Virus record (IMG/VR): IMGVR_UViG_3300042887_003088
Coordinates: 1 to 35,464 of that record
Reading direction: 5' to 3' (one strand)
DNA length: 35,464 bases
Origin: a virus
Lineage: Duplodnaviria > Caudoviricetes
Within the stretch, counting starts at the first letter, position 1. Each line of letters opens with the position of its first letter. The position numbers were made by a program, and so were the translations under genes. Shown here in pieces: positions 1 to 8,580 of this stretch. A model generated the notes under the pieces. That model ran no database searches, was not told the origin of the DNA, and saw only the letters and a list, made by a program, of their open reading frames with translations.

Positions 1-47
1 TTGATATAATAACTATAAAATTTTGTTTCAAACAATGTACTTTGCAC
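1..47 (-). CDS. 5' fragment of a gene running off the window edge, possibly another TIGR02466-like oxygenase
   Basis: A GTG at 47-45 overlaps the TAG stop of the upstream gene and has an AGGGG RBS-like element upstream. It reads MQSTLFETKFYSYYI, loosely like the 'IFPAAIY'/'WFPTLIY' N-termini of oxygenases in this window. Confidence 0.4.
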   Translation of the reverse strand, partial: MQSTLFETKFYSYYI

Positions 48-775
48 TAGTGATTCCCCTGGAAAAATGATTTGATCTTGGCATAATTTCTTACGAAAGT
101 GTTGTTCATCAATATATAATTTATCGTAAGTGCTTCTTTGTTGATATCGGTCTTGATTTCTAATTCTAAAGACTCTTTGGGAACTGCAATTAATTGTGCA
201 AGAGGAGTACCAGCTTTGATCACCGTTTCCTCGTTGAGATTATGCCAGAACACCGGAACATTGATATTATTGATTCCGTAGTCACTAGAATAAATCCCAC
301 TTAGCGCAGTGAATCGATTTTCATCTGCATAAAACACAGGGGTTTGTATCAACACATAATCATTTGGAATCTTACAACACCAGCCGGTTATAAACTTTAT
401 TACAGATCGACTGGAGTGCTGCGGCCAGTGTTGAAATGTTTTAAATAGACTGTCTTGATGTTCTTCGATTGCCGGACTGCCGTTAATTTTCTGCTGATCA
501 ATAGGAGTGCGCCATTGTATTTTATCGTGAGGTGAGCCTGCGTTGATATAGATGTCTTGCCATGCTCGCACCACATATCCTTGGCTCTGTAAAGAGTTGA
601 TTCCAGGACAATTGGAAATACTGTGTATGATATGGCCGAGATTATTTTTTTGATTTTTAAATTCTCTAGCTGCTTCCTGTTTCCAATTATGCACAATTTT
701 ATCAGCAGATAAAATAGGCATTGTCTTATCGATACCAGGTATAGTGGGATAGAATATAATCTTCTGTCTAGTCAT
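47..775 (-). CDS. Hypothetical phage protein, possible dUTPase-like beta-clip fold; paralog of 9877..10680
   Basis: 242-aa ORF with 'CPGI...GYVV.AW.D', 'IKFITGW' and a C-terminal 'IKAGTPLAQLI'. The same layout occurs in 9877..10680 (C.AV...GIAIPAW, IKLISPW, PLTPLA). Confidence 0.6.
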   Translation of the reverse strand: MTRQKIIFYPTIPGIDKTMPILSADKIVHNWKQEAAREFKNQKNNLGHIIHSISNCPGINSLQSQGYVVRAWQDIYINAGSPHDKIQWRTPIDQQKINGSPAIEEHQDSLFKTFQHWPQHSSRSVIKFITGWCCKIPNDYVLIQTPVFYADENRFTALSGIYSSDYGINNINVPVFWHNLNEETVIKAGTPLAQLIAVPKESLELEIKTDINKEALTINYILMNNTFVRNYAKIKSFFQGNH

Positions 776-782
776 GTATTTA

Positions 783-811
783 ATTATACAGCATTGGCAC
801 AGCTTTTACAA
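783..811 (-). promoter_or_regulatory. Sigma70-like promoter (TTGTAA-17 nt-TATAAT), probably giving a leaderless mRNA
   Basis: On the minus strand: TTGTAA (811-806), a 17-nt spacer, TATAAT (788-783), then the ATG at 775 seven nt later. There is no SD. An adjacent TAAATA lies at 777-782. Confidence 0.55.
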
Positions 812-861
812 ACAATCATTTACTCAAAAAAAACTTGTTTGCTTCTTAAGTTATCTGCAAA

Positions 862-1413
862 TTACGGCACTAAACTATCACTGAAATCCCAGATATTTTG
901 ACAAATAATTTCCATGTTAATAGAAATTCGATAATCCAAAGAGAATGATTGGTGGGGTTGGTGGTTAAGATAAAAAGGAAAAATTATCAAATCGCCGACT
1001 TGAGGTCTTATATTATAAATTTCGTGAAAGTTATTATCATAAAAACTTAAAGAACCTTGACGTGTGTCTGTAGTTTCAGGTACATTTAAATAGTAAACTG
1101 CATTAATGACGCAGGTGTTTAGGTGGTTGTGAATGCCGCCTTTGTAAAAAAATTTATTTGTAACATATCCCCAGCAGCTAGCAAGATTTTTTTGATGTAA
1201 TTCTAATGGTCCGAATTGCTGAACAGCAATATGAAAAAAATCTTTGTATAGAGCGTGAAACACTCCTGAAGAATCCTTAATTGGAAAGTTATTTCCAGTT
1301 CTATAGTCAGCCGTTTGGTGTGCTGCTAACACCTGGGTCTTCATCCGATCAATTGGATAGGATTTTAGACCTTGATGTAGAAATATTGGTAGATTTGAGT
1401 CTACTTGATTCAT
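862..1413 (-). CDS. Putative 2OG-Fe(II) oxygenase (TIGR02466-like)
   Basis: Motifs HNH...INAVYYL...GDLIIFPFYLNH...RISIN give an HxH...H facial triad plus an RxS 2OG-binding motif. Confidence 0.8.
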   Translation of the reverse strand: MNQVDSNLPIFLHQGLKSYPIDRMKTQVLAAHQTADYRTGNNFPIKDSSGVFHALYKDFFHIAVQQFGPLELHQKNLASCWGYVTNKFFYKGGIHNHLNTCVINAVYYLNVPETTDTRQGSLSFYDNNFHEIYNIRPQVGDLIIFPFYLNHQPHQSFSLDYRISINMEIICQNIWDFSDSLVP

Positions 1414-1427
1414 GTAACCAAACTATA

Positions 1428-1943
1428 TCACTCGTCGTCGGGCGGAGCCGGATCGTAATATTTTAGTAGGTCTTCAAATGATTTTTTATGCGCTAATGAT
1501 CTTCTTGATAATTCACCAAACCATTCTACTAAATGTGGCAACTTTTCTTCTAGAGCATCAGCTGCATATTTTGTATACATCTCGGCTGACTTTTGCATTT
1601 CAGAAACAATTGCAGTTTCTAATACTTGGGTAAGACTCATCGATGGCTTTCCAGTATCTGGATCACCTAATCCACCCATGATAGCTTCCTTCAAATGGCC
1701 TTGGGCGGACTTGTGTTTGTCTTCGGCAATTTGTTTAAAATAAGCTGTGGCATTTGCATCTTCATATTTTTCAGCTACGGTAGCAAAATAGTGATATCTA
1801 TCATTAGATCGTGCCTCAGCAGCAAACGCTAATTTAATATTGGCTGCAGTTTTGCTATCTAGGGGTATCGGAATTGCCAGTGGCGTAGTCGGGTCAATAG
1901 GGACTGCAGGACCTGAGTTGGATGTTGCTGATTCTGTATTCAT
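1428..1943 (-). CDS. Rubrerythrin/ferritin-like protein with degenerate di-iron ligands
   Basis: 'NIKLAFAAEARSNDRYHYFA', 'GDPDTGKP', 'AIVSE...EMY' and 'EWFGEL' match the short rubrerythrin pattern. A GGAGAA RBS lies at 1951-1956. Confidence 0.75.
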   Translation of the reverse strand: MNTESATSNSGPAVPIDPTTPLAIPIPLDSKTAANIKLAFAAEARSNDRYHYFATVAEKYEDANATAYFKQIAEDKHKSAQGHLKEAIMGGLGDPDTGKPSMSLTQVLETAIVSEMQKSAEMYTKYAADALEEKLPHLVEWFGELSRRSLAHKKSFEDLLKYYDPAPPDDE

Positions 1944-1970
1944 GTAATTTTTCTCCGAAATAGTTGAAAT

Positions 1971-1985
1971 TATTTAGTATATTTA
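1971..1985 (-). promoter_or_regulatory. Tandem T4-late-like TAAATA boxes
   Basis: tattta at 1971-1976 and 1980-1985, upstream of the rubrerythrin-like gene. Confidence 0.5.
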
Positions 1986-2591
1986 TTGTTCTGCATCGCT
2001 GATTACTAGGGTGTCATTATTGAAATTTCCTTTAATAAAAGTATTAAAAGAAATACTCAGTCGTTCATTGTTTGTGGTATTTACGGGCACACTGTGATAG
2101 AGACTAGAAGGAAAAAGTATTAACATTGCATCTTCAACAGGAATCGACCATTCGATACTGTTAAATGGAGTACGTTCATTACAATTAAACTCCATAAAAA
2201 ACGGTGAAGTTAGTCTGTTGAAACAGATAGAATTTTCACTGTTTGCAACATTCACATAGTATACTCCTGAAATAACACTATTTCTGTGATTGTGCAAATC
2301 GTGCGGTTGTCCTTTTTTATTTTGATTTTTCCAAGAATTTGTCATATAAAATTGGCAGTCAGTTTTGATCACTTCTCTAGCATAATTGTGAACATGTTCC
2401 ATGAATATGTTTTTCAAATCTAAGAATACCGTGTCATCAAGTAGAGAGGAGTTGACAGAGGTCTGATTGCCTTGTCTACTTATAGCAGTTATAGTATTGG
2501 TGTCAAACGCTGTACGTTCAGTCGTTGATAACTTTCTAAGATTAATTCTATAGATAGCTGCAGGAAAAATTGGAATAATTTGCGGAGTCAT
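1983..2591 (-). CDS. 2OG-Fe(II) oxygenase, TIGR02466 family
   Basis: IFPAAIY N-terminus, then SW.N, HNH.NSVISGVYY, LILFPSSLYHSV and RLSISFN. Confidence 0.88.
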   Translation of the reverse strand: MTPQIIPIFPAAIYRINLRKLSTTERTAFDTNTITAISRQGNQTSVNSSLLDDTVFLDLKNIFMEHVHNYAREVIKTDCQFYMTNSWKNQNKKGQPHDLHNHRNSVISGVYYVNVANSENSICFNRLTSPFFMEFNCNERTPFNSIEWSIPVEDAMLILFPSSLYHSVPVNTTNNERLSISFNTFIKGNFNNDTLVISDAEQ

Positions 2592-2597
2592 AATGTT

Positions 2598-2614
2598 ATT
2601 ATAACAAGTATTTA
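2598..2614 (-). promoter_or_regulatory. Composite promoter: TAAATA plus extended -10 (TGtTATAAT), probably leaderless
   Basis: The minus strand reads TAAATA CT TGT TATAAT AACATT ATG. TATAAT is at 2598-2603, 6 nt from the ATG, and there is no SD. Confidence 0.5.
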
Positions 2615-2672
2615 ATACGGTATCTTTAGGCTAGTAAATAATCTGGCAGGATAATGTGGGATAAAACAGAAA

Positions 2673-4322
2673 TTAAATACTGGAAAAGTTTTTAATCTGA
2701 ATAGTTCCAATCATGCTACCATGAATACTACACTGATATCTGTAGCTACCACTAATGCTATCTGGAATCTTCCAATACAGTGTACCGGATGTTTGCCCTT
2801 GAGCAGACGAGCCTGTAGTAACTGTACCTCCTGTGGTTACGTGTACTAACCCAGTGTTGTAATTTGCACCTGCACCATCTTGTATCAAGAAAGGATGTCC
2901 CATCACATTGAGATTAAAAGCTATGGTGGTGCCATTTATGGCATATACTGTAGGATCGTCTGTGGTCCCGTATTGGTCAAATCTGTATGCTGTGGCACCG
3001 TTATTGGTCACATTAAGCCTTGTTATGGCCTGTAGATAAAATTGGTCAATAGTAAGATCTGCACGATCGCTTAGTCCAGTAAACGCTGTGGCGCCTGCAC
3101 TGACTGTGCTAGCAATAGTCACTGTGTCTGTGCCAGCATTGGTAGTTATTGAAATACCAGTGCCAGCTGCTAGGGTCAATGTGTCTGTAGTCGAGTCTGC
3201 TTCAACATTTGACTGTCCAGCTACTGCCACAATGCTAAAAGTATTTTGACTCGACCCTGAACTAGTTATAGTGATAGAATCTGTGCCAGCATCTGTTGTA
3301 AGTGTTATACCTGTGCCTGCTACTAGTGTCAATGTATCTGTGGCAGAGTCTGCCACAACACTAGATTGTCCTGCAACGGCTATAGTAGCAAAACTATCAG
3401 ATGCGGTGCCGCCACCGGAAACTGTAGCCCATGTATTGTCGCCTCTTAGATACGTAGTAGCATCTCTTGTACCTGATGAGCCTAATCTCAAAACCGGAAC
3501 CGTGCCGCTGCCTAGATTTGTAGCATTCAATGCAGTAAGATTTACGCCACTAACAGCTGGCAGTGTGGCTGGAAAACGTGCGTCGGGCACTGTACCTGAA
3601 GTCAATTGATTGGCATTGAGTGCAGTTAGATTTGCACCTGAACTTGCAGGTAACGTGGCTGGAAAACGTGCATCAGGCACGGTGCCACTAGTCAATTGCG
3701 TGGCATTGAGTGCAGTTATTAAATGGCCATCACCACTGAAACTGGTAGCAGTGAGTAATCCAGCATCGCTAATAATAACTGAGCTGTTTTTAATATTTGT
3801 GCCACTAGTACCACTATATCTAACTACGGCATTATCGACATAGCCACCTAACACAGAATTTACGTTGCCCGAACCGCTGCCACTTGCGCCGGGTGGACCT
3901 TCTGGTCCTGCTGGTCCTTGCACGGTGGCTGTGGTTTGAACAGTGTTATCTGGGAATCTCAAAGTACCGCCTAGCACCAAATTGGGAGTTATGGTTATAG
4001 GATTGGCATTGGTAACGTTAAGAGTTGTGCCTACAATAGTGATATTGCCAGTAGAAGCCACGGAAGTAAAAGTTATAGTATCTGTGGCTGCATTGGTTGT
4101 GATAGCAATACCGGATCCTGCTACCAATGTCAGTGTGTCTGTGGCAGTGTCTGCTATCACAGTTGGTTGTCCTGATACAACCAAGTTGGTAAAACTAGGT
4201 GAGGTTGAGAAATCAAATCCACTGCTGATCACATTCCAAGCAGTGCCGTTGTATCGCCACGATTTTTGATCAACAGTATAGACTTGATTGAGTGCTGGGC
4301 TATTAGGAAAATTTATAGGCAT
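2673..4322 (-). CDS. Tail-fibre-like virion protein with C-terminal cupredoxin (blue copper)-like domain
   Basis: 'INFPNSPALNQVY...W.YNGTAW' phage fibre N-terminus, a short collagen-like GPAGPEGPPG stretch and Thr/Gly-rich repeats. The C-terminus has GHPF...YQCSIHGSM, a His/Cys/His/Met type-1 Cu motif. Confidence 0.75.
   Translation of the reverse strand: MPINFPNSPALNQVYTVDQKSWRYNGTAWNVISSGFDFSTSPSFTNLVVSGQPTVIADTATDTLTLVAGSGIAITTNAATDTITFTSVASTGNITIVGTTLNVTNANPITITPNLVLGGTLRFPDNTVQTTATVQGPAGPEGPPGASGSGSGNVNSVLGGYVDNAVVRYSGTSGTNIKNSSVIISDAGLLTATSFSGDGHLITALNATQLTSGTVPDARFPATLPASSGANLTALNANQLTSGTVPDARFPATLPAVSGVNLTALNATNLGSGTVPVLRLGSSGTRDATTYLRGDNTWATVSGGGTASDSFATIAVAGQSSVVADSATDTLTLVAGTGITLTTDAGTDSITITSSGSSQNTFSIVAVAGQSNVEADSTTDTLTLAAGTGISITTNAGTDTVTIASTVSAGATAFTGLSDRADLTIDQFYLQAITRLNVTNNGATAYRFDQYGTTDDPTVYAINGTTIAFNLNVMGHPFLIQDGAGANYNTGLVHVTTGGTVTTGSSAQGQTSGTLYWKIPDSISGSYRYQCSIHGSMIGTIQIKNFSSI
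3108..4196 (-). repeat. Three copies of a ~45-aa repeat (F..I.V.GQ..V.AD..TDTLTL.AG.GI..TT.A.TD.IT)
   Basis: Copies at about 4062-4196, 3261-3395 and 3108-3242 within the fibre ORF. Confidence 0.85.
3487..3723 (-). repeat. Tandem 90-bp (30-aa) repeat LTALNA.QLTSGTVPDARFPATLPA, about 2.6 copies
   Basis: gtggctggaaaacgtgc occurs at 3565 and 3655, a 90-nt period. The protein repeat is visible three times. Confidence 0.9.
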
Positions 4323-4340
4323 TTTTTAATCTCTGTAAAA

Positions 4341-4346
4341 TATTTA
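4341..4346 (-). promoter_or_regulatory. T4-late-like TAAATA box
   Basis: Directly after the protease TGA stop and 18 nt upstream of the fibre ATG. Confidence 0.55.
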
Positions 4347-6377
4347 TCAACGACCCAATCTCAGTTTTAAACCACTGTTGATCCTAAGATTAGACAAGAT
4401 TTTTCTTGATCCTGATTTAAATCTAGCGTCAATCTGCCCTTGGTAAATCACTCGAGCATCGCCTCCTTCGAGACTTTCGTAGTCCAACCAATTCGCAGTA
4501 TTGACTGTGGTTGATTCCGTGCCAAAGTAAAAATCAGCAGCGTCCTGTGTTTCTAGCGATTGTAACCATGCTTTGACTTCCACCCAGGTCCAGTCTCTAT
4601 TCCACTCTAACACGGTGGCTATAAACCCTGTGGCCACCGGACAGGCAGCACTAGTGCCGCTAAAGGCAGCGTCAGTGGTGTTTCCGGAATTGTAGCTAAG
4701 AGCAGCATAGGTATCGGGTCTTGGCCAGTTTGTGGCATAGCCTCTATTGGCTGCCAAGGTGCCATCTGCAGGGGCATACACATCTATGCTGTTTCCTCTA
4801 TCGCTGTAAGAAACTTTGGCTTCTTTTGAAGTTTTATAATCGTCATCTAGTGCTCCGATATTGATCACAGGATAAATCACTGTGCCGTTGGCATCAGTGT
4901 ATTTGCCGCCTTGTTGAGGAAATCCTCGACGATTTGTTGTGCCAAATACTCCAATTCCAAACTCGGAAAAATTGGAGGTAGCTAGGGGCCCGCCATTGAT
5001 AATGGTAATAAAATTGTTATAGTCAGGATGGCTGCTGTTGACCTGTTTTTGATTACTGTTGCCAGACGCTGCAACAAAAATCACCCCGGCATTGATCAGT
5101 TCCTCTTGCGCTGTGGTCAGTGAATTTGTTTTCATTTCACTTTTCCATCGGCCGGAGTCGCCCTGTGTGCCCATATGGCTCAGCCAATTTATACCTGTTT
5201 CGGTGGTGTAAGCAGTGTTGCTTGTTGATCTATGAGTGTAATAGTAAGTTGCTCCACCGGGATCTTTGTCGGATCGATAGCCCCAGCTATTACTTGTTAT
5301 TGTAGGATTTCTAGTATTAAAAAGGGTATTCACTGGCTTTACCGTATGAAATATTTTCATTATATCAAAGCCCTGTTCTATGCCTGCACCGTATCCGCCG
5401 TAAAGATCTAATACCCATTTATTGGCGTTATAGGCCCAGCCTTGTGTTCTTCCGTAGGTCAGTGCAGCACAACAGGTGCCGTGATCGCCTTCATTAGATA
5501 TTGCAGCGTTAGTACCATTGCAGTTTGCCCTAGTATAATTAGAAGTAACACTCACTGTGCCTGCATTCGCAAACTGTGTGCTGCGCAGGTTGTTGTCTGA
5601 CCACCATGATCTTGCCACTGAATCTACTGGGACTGTAGTGCCGTCCCATCTGGTGATTAATCTTGTGGCAGGATCAGCATTGAACCAATCAGGATCAATA
5701 TAATATGGAGCATCTAGTACCAAGTCTAATAGATCACAGGTGCCGTTGCCTGGTAGAACATTGCCTCCAACATAGCCATTGGGCTTCGGCACAGCAGCGA
5801 AGGGACTAGAATCGGAAAGAGAATTGTTTTGAAATTCTGGGTGGCCGATCCAGGTGCCGTCATCTGCAACTATGACATCCACGTGCTTGCCCGTGCCGTA
5901 TTGTGGAATATTGATATTGACCACTGCGTTGTCAGCCAGTGCAGCATCTACCCAAGGATCTAATTTCTGTGTGCATCTATAAAGCTGATATCCGGTTCTG
6001 TTGACGTCTGAGGTATCGGGCGTTGCTGCCAGTGTATTGGAAGCAGAAAATTCTCTGTAATTTTTCACCGCAGCAGTATATCTGTTTACCAAGTCTGGTC
6101 TTACTGAATGCAGTTCGTCCGGTGGCGGGGTGAATTCTGAATAGCGTTTGTAATCTATGTTGATGAATTTTATTCTTGGATCGTTTTTTAACTGCTCTGC
6201 TTCGGTATCAGTGAGTAGATACGTGCCTCGAGTCAAACTGTGTAATTGGTCATCTACACAGTCTACGGTTCTGTCAGGCACGTATTCACTGACTCGGCCT
6301 AGACGGGTTAATTCTGCGTTTAGCTCATCCCATTCTGCTTCAGTATGTGTGCCTAATTGATAATATTTTTTTTCCAT
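4347..6377 (-). CDS. S8 (subtilisin-like) serine protease
   Basis: Catalytic motifs in order: VDVIVADDG (Asp), DHGTCCA (His), FVAASGNSN (oxyanion Asn), FSGTSAACP (Ser). The N-terminus has a propeptide-like 'LTDTEAEQLKNDPRIKFI'. Confidence 0.92.
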   Translation of the reverse strand: MEKKYYQLGTHTEAEWDELNAELTRLGRVSEYVPDRTVDCVDDQLHSLTRGTYLLTDTEAEQLKNDPRIKFINIDYKRYSEFTPPPDELHSVRPDLVNRYTAAVKNYREFSASNTLAATPDTSDVNRTGYQLYRCTQKLDPWVDAALADNAVVNINIPQYGTGKHVDVIVADDGTWIGHPEFQNNSLSDSSPFAAVPKPNGYVGGNVLPGNGTCDLLDLVLDAPYYIDPDWFNADPATRLITRWDGTTVPVDSVARSWWSDNNLRSTQFANAGTVSVTSNYTRANCNGTNAAISNEGDHGTCCAALTYGRTQGWAYNANKWVLDLYGGYGAGIEQGFDIMKIFHTVKPVNTLFNTRNPTITSNSWGYRSDKDPGGATYYYTHRSTSNTAYTTETGINWLSHMGTQGDSGRWKSEMKTNSLTTAQEELINAGVIFVAASGNSNQKQVNSSHPDYNNFITIINGGPLATSNFSEFGIGVFGTTNRRGFPQQGGKYTDANGTVIYPVINIGALDDDYKTSKEAKVSYSDRGNSIDVYAPADGTLAANRGYATNWPRPDTYAALSYNSGNTTDAAFSGTSAACPVATGFIATVLEWNRDWTWVEVKAWLQSLETQDAADFYFGTESTTVNTANWLDYESLEGGDARVIYQGQIDARFKSGSRKILSNLRINSGLKLRLGR

Positions 6378-6380
6378 GGC

Positions 6381-7889
6381 TTAATGCAGATCTACCCAGG
6401 CGCCGCCGGCACGTCCTTGAAACTTACTTGTTGTGGTGTTATAGATCATATCGCCGTTGACCGCTGTCAACAGATCTCTTGCTGTAGATGTAAAAGATGC
6501 CATTTTCAAAGGACTTGCTGTTATCTCCACACGGGTACCAGCTGTTAATTGTATTTCATTATCTGAAAAAAGTTCAGGTGTTCCAGATCCCTGACTTGAA
6601 AAATTGCCAGTCAGTATGATGTCTTTCACAGTCAATCGATTATTTACTGACAGATCCAATGCAACGTTGACACTGTTATCTATCACAAGATTATTTTGCA
6701 CTGTGACATCTGATTCATAAATCACTGCGGGCGTAAATATTATAGCGGAAGAATCCGATGAGTCTATAGTGGTCACAGCAAAGGTAATATTACCTGTGGT
6801 GCCACCACCGATGATCGTGATGTTGCCTGAACTATCAGAAGTTGTAGTAATGCCGCCTGAGCCGTTGAATCGCACTGTGCTGCCGGTTGAGATAGATCTT
6901 GTTGTAGAGTCATCTGCTTGAACACTTAATACAAATGCACCGGCTGACACAGCCGAGGTTACAAATGATGTTGTGGCCAATCCTGCTGTAGCTGGTAGTG
7001 CTGCTACTGTGGAATCCACGTAGGATGTAGTAGCTAAATTTGTAGTGTCAGGATATGGAAATACCGGCTGGATCCACTGTTCAGAATCACCGTCATCAAA
7101 ATAAACATACAGTATACCAGTGTTGGTATCTAACCAAAGATTGCCTGGACTGGGGGAACTCGGCGCTGTGTCATCTACAGATACACTAGTTCCTCCGCTG
7201 GCCTGGCCTGCCCCGTCTTGATATAACACTGTAGGTGCTAAAGGGTCACCTGAATAGTCTGCAGGAAGATCTGCGGTTGCCGGTACCCAATAAGGATTTG
7301 TGCTAAGGGCATATTCTGTAATGTTTGATCCGGTTTGCTGAATCCACACAGTATATGTAGTGTTTGCTGCCAATGTGACAGCACCGGGATGCAATGGGTT
7401 GCCGGCTAATACGTTACTTCCAACAGCAAGCGATGGGTCCCATGGACCAAGATGTCCGTAGGTTAACATTTGATTTACATCTTGACCAGCAGTCCATGCT
7501 GTGCCTTGTTGAATAGCAAAGAATGCTTTTAGGTCAACCCCTACGTATTTTGTTAGATACAATGCTGCAATGCTATTGGTACCCACTGTAAATGTTACAT
7601 AGTCTTTGTCGCCCGAAATCAAATTGCTATTTACAACAGTATTATGTATGTGAATATTTGGGCCAAACAGTCTAGAGCTGCTAGCTAGACTCACAAAGTC
7701 TGTTTCTGAAACATTAGACAAATCGCCTTTGGCTAAATTTAGTCCGCCAACGGTGGATCCGTTATAAATTCTAAGAGTATTAGCTGTTTGATCGTAGAAA
7801 ATTTCACCTCTTAAACCTGATTTTCTGTTAAGGAAATCAGCTTCTCTGGGGATTATTCTCACTGCATCGGATACGGTTATTTTGGCCAT
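6381..7889 (-). CDS. Mosaic fibre-like virion protein
   Basis: Start reassigned to MAKITV (7889) because a TAAATA lies at 7912-7917, inside the longer ORF call. Contains 'GEIFYD...LRIYNG', 'APSSPSPGNLWLDTNTGILYVY', LATTSYVD repeats and a C-terminal 'GDMIYNTTTSKFQGR..GAWVDLH', all typical phage fibre modules. Confidence 0.7.
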   Translation of the reverse strand: MAKITVSDAVRIIPREADFLNRKSGLRGEIFYDQTANTLRIYNGSTVGGLNLAKGDLSNVSETDFVSLASSSRLFGPNIHIHNTVVNSNLISGDKDYVTFTVGTNSIAALYLTKYVGVDLKAFFAIQQGTAWTAGQDVNQMLTYGHLGPWDPSLAVGSNVLAGNPLHPGAVTLAANTTYTVWIQQTGSNITEYALSTNPYWVPATADLPADYSGDPLAPTVLYQDGAGQASGGTSVSVDDTAPSSPSPGNLWLDTNTGILYVYFDDGDSEQWIQPVFPYPDTTNLATTSYVDSTVAALPATAGLATTSFVTSAVSAGAFVLSVQADDSTTRSISTGSTVRFNGSGGITTTSDSSGNITIIGGGTTGNITFAVTTIDSSDSSAIIFTPAVIYESDVTVQNNLVIDNSVNVALDLSVNNRLTVKDIILTGNFSSQGSGTPELFSDNEIQLTAGTRVEITASPLKMASFTSTARDLLTAVNGDMIYNTTTSKFQGRAGGAWVDLH

Positions 7890-7911
7890 TGATGTTTTTA
7901 TGTTAGTAAAG

Positions 7912-7948
7912 TATTTATTGAAAAATGTCATCTATGTGTCAATAAATA
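7912..7948. promoter_or_regulatory. Divergent pair of TAAATA late-type promoters
   Basis: tattta at 7912-7917 (minus, for the 7889 gene) and taaata at 7943-7948 (plus, 4 nt before the ATG at 7953). Both are in an AATAAATA context. Confidence 0.6.
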
Positions 7949-7952
7949 TACC

Positions 7953-8180
7953 ATGACTGGTACTATCAAAATAATACAAGATGACTTTTCTGTGAGTTTT
8001 ATTTTTCTAAAGGCTTTAGAATATCTTATAGAAAATCAAAATCAACTATCTGTTGTTGATCAGTCTGTAATTAGGCAACTTTGGCAAACTGAATTTAAAT
8101 CAACGATTTCTGAAGACTGGAGTTACATTGAATTTCCAAATAGTTTTGATCAATTGACGTTTTCATTGAAATTTAGTTAG
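7953..8180 (+). CDS. Small hypothetical protein
   Basis: 75-aa ORF filling the gap, with a TAAATA box just upstream. It overlaps the end of the convergent gene by 8 nt. Confidence 0.6.
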   Translation: MTGTIKIIQDDFSVSFIFLKALEYLIENQNQLSVVDQSVIRQLWQTEFKSTISEDWSYIEFPNSFDQLTFSLKFS

Positions 8181-8517
8181 TTTCATCTATCCATATATTG
8201 TTAGTAACAAGCTGTATGTCATATTTTGCAAGCAATTTCTGCACCTTGTCCGAAGCATCAACACCTGAAAATGTCAACGAATGAAAATTTGTTTCTGACA
8301 AAACAGGATAATACACAAGATAAAATTCACAGTATGGATCCCAGGCAGCATATACTCCTATTACGCCCGGTTTAAAGTAGATTTCTTCCCAAACTGCTAT
8401 GTCTGCAACACTGGGATCTGCAATAGTTTGCAAGTTTTTAGACGAGGTGGGTTGACAATAATCCTTATCAAATTTGTGGTTGAAAATTTCGTCACTGGAA
8501 ATAAAACGTGTGGCCAT
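8173..8517 (-). CDS. Hypothetical protein, paralog of 11951..12379
   Basis: WEEIYFKPGVIGVYAAWDPYCEFYLV compares with WEQICYKSGGIGLYAAYLPYAEFYIV. The ATG at 8517 is 6 nt after a TAAATA. Confidence 0.8.
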   Translation of the reverse strand: MATRFISSDEIFNHKFDKDYCQPTSSKNLQTIADPSVADIAVWEEIYFKPGVIGVYAAWDPYCEFYLVYYPVLSETNFHSLTFSGVDASDKVQKLLAKYDIQLVTNNIWIDETN

Positions 8518-8523
8518 AATCAA

Positions 8524-8557
8524 TATTTATGAAATAATTTTGTTGCAGTCTTAAATA
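8524..8557. promoter_or_regulatory. Divergent pair of TAAATA late-type promoters
   Basis: tattta at 8524-8529 (minus) and taaata at 8552-8557 (plus, upstream of the oxygenase cassette, which has an AAGGA RBS). Confidence 0.6.
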
Positions 8558-8580
8558 GCTAGTGTAAAAGGATAAACAAT

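Noticed and set aside
2635-2640. Plus-strand TAAATA box
   Set aside because: There is no plus-strand gene downstream, so it is probably chance in AT-rich DNA. Antisense transcription cannot be excluded.
3108-3723. Possible CRISPR-like array
   Set aside because: The repeats are degenerate, in frame and protein-coding. There is no constant repeat/unique spacer pattern and no cas gene.
3271-4269. Plus-strand ORFs of 77-112 aa, and similar ones at 13412-32845
   Set aside because: They are antisense shadows of Thr/Gly/Ala-rich minus-strand genes, with no RBS or recognisable motifs.
7890-7931. Longer N-terminus (MTFFNKY...) for the 6381 gene
   Set aside because: It overlaps the TAAATA box at 7912-7917, so the ATG at 7889 is more plausible.
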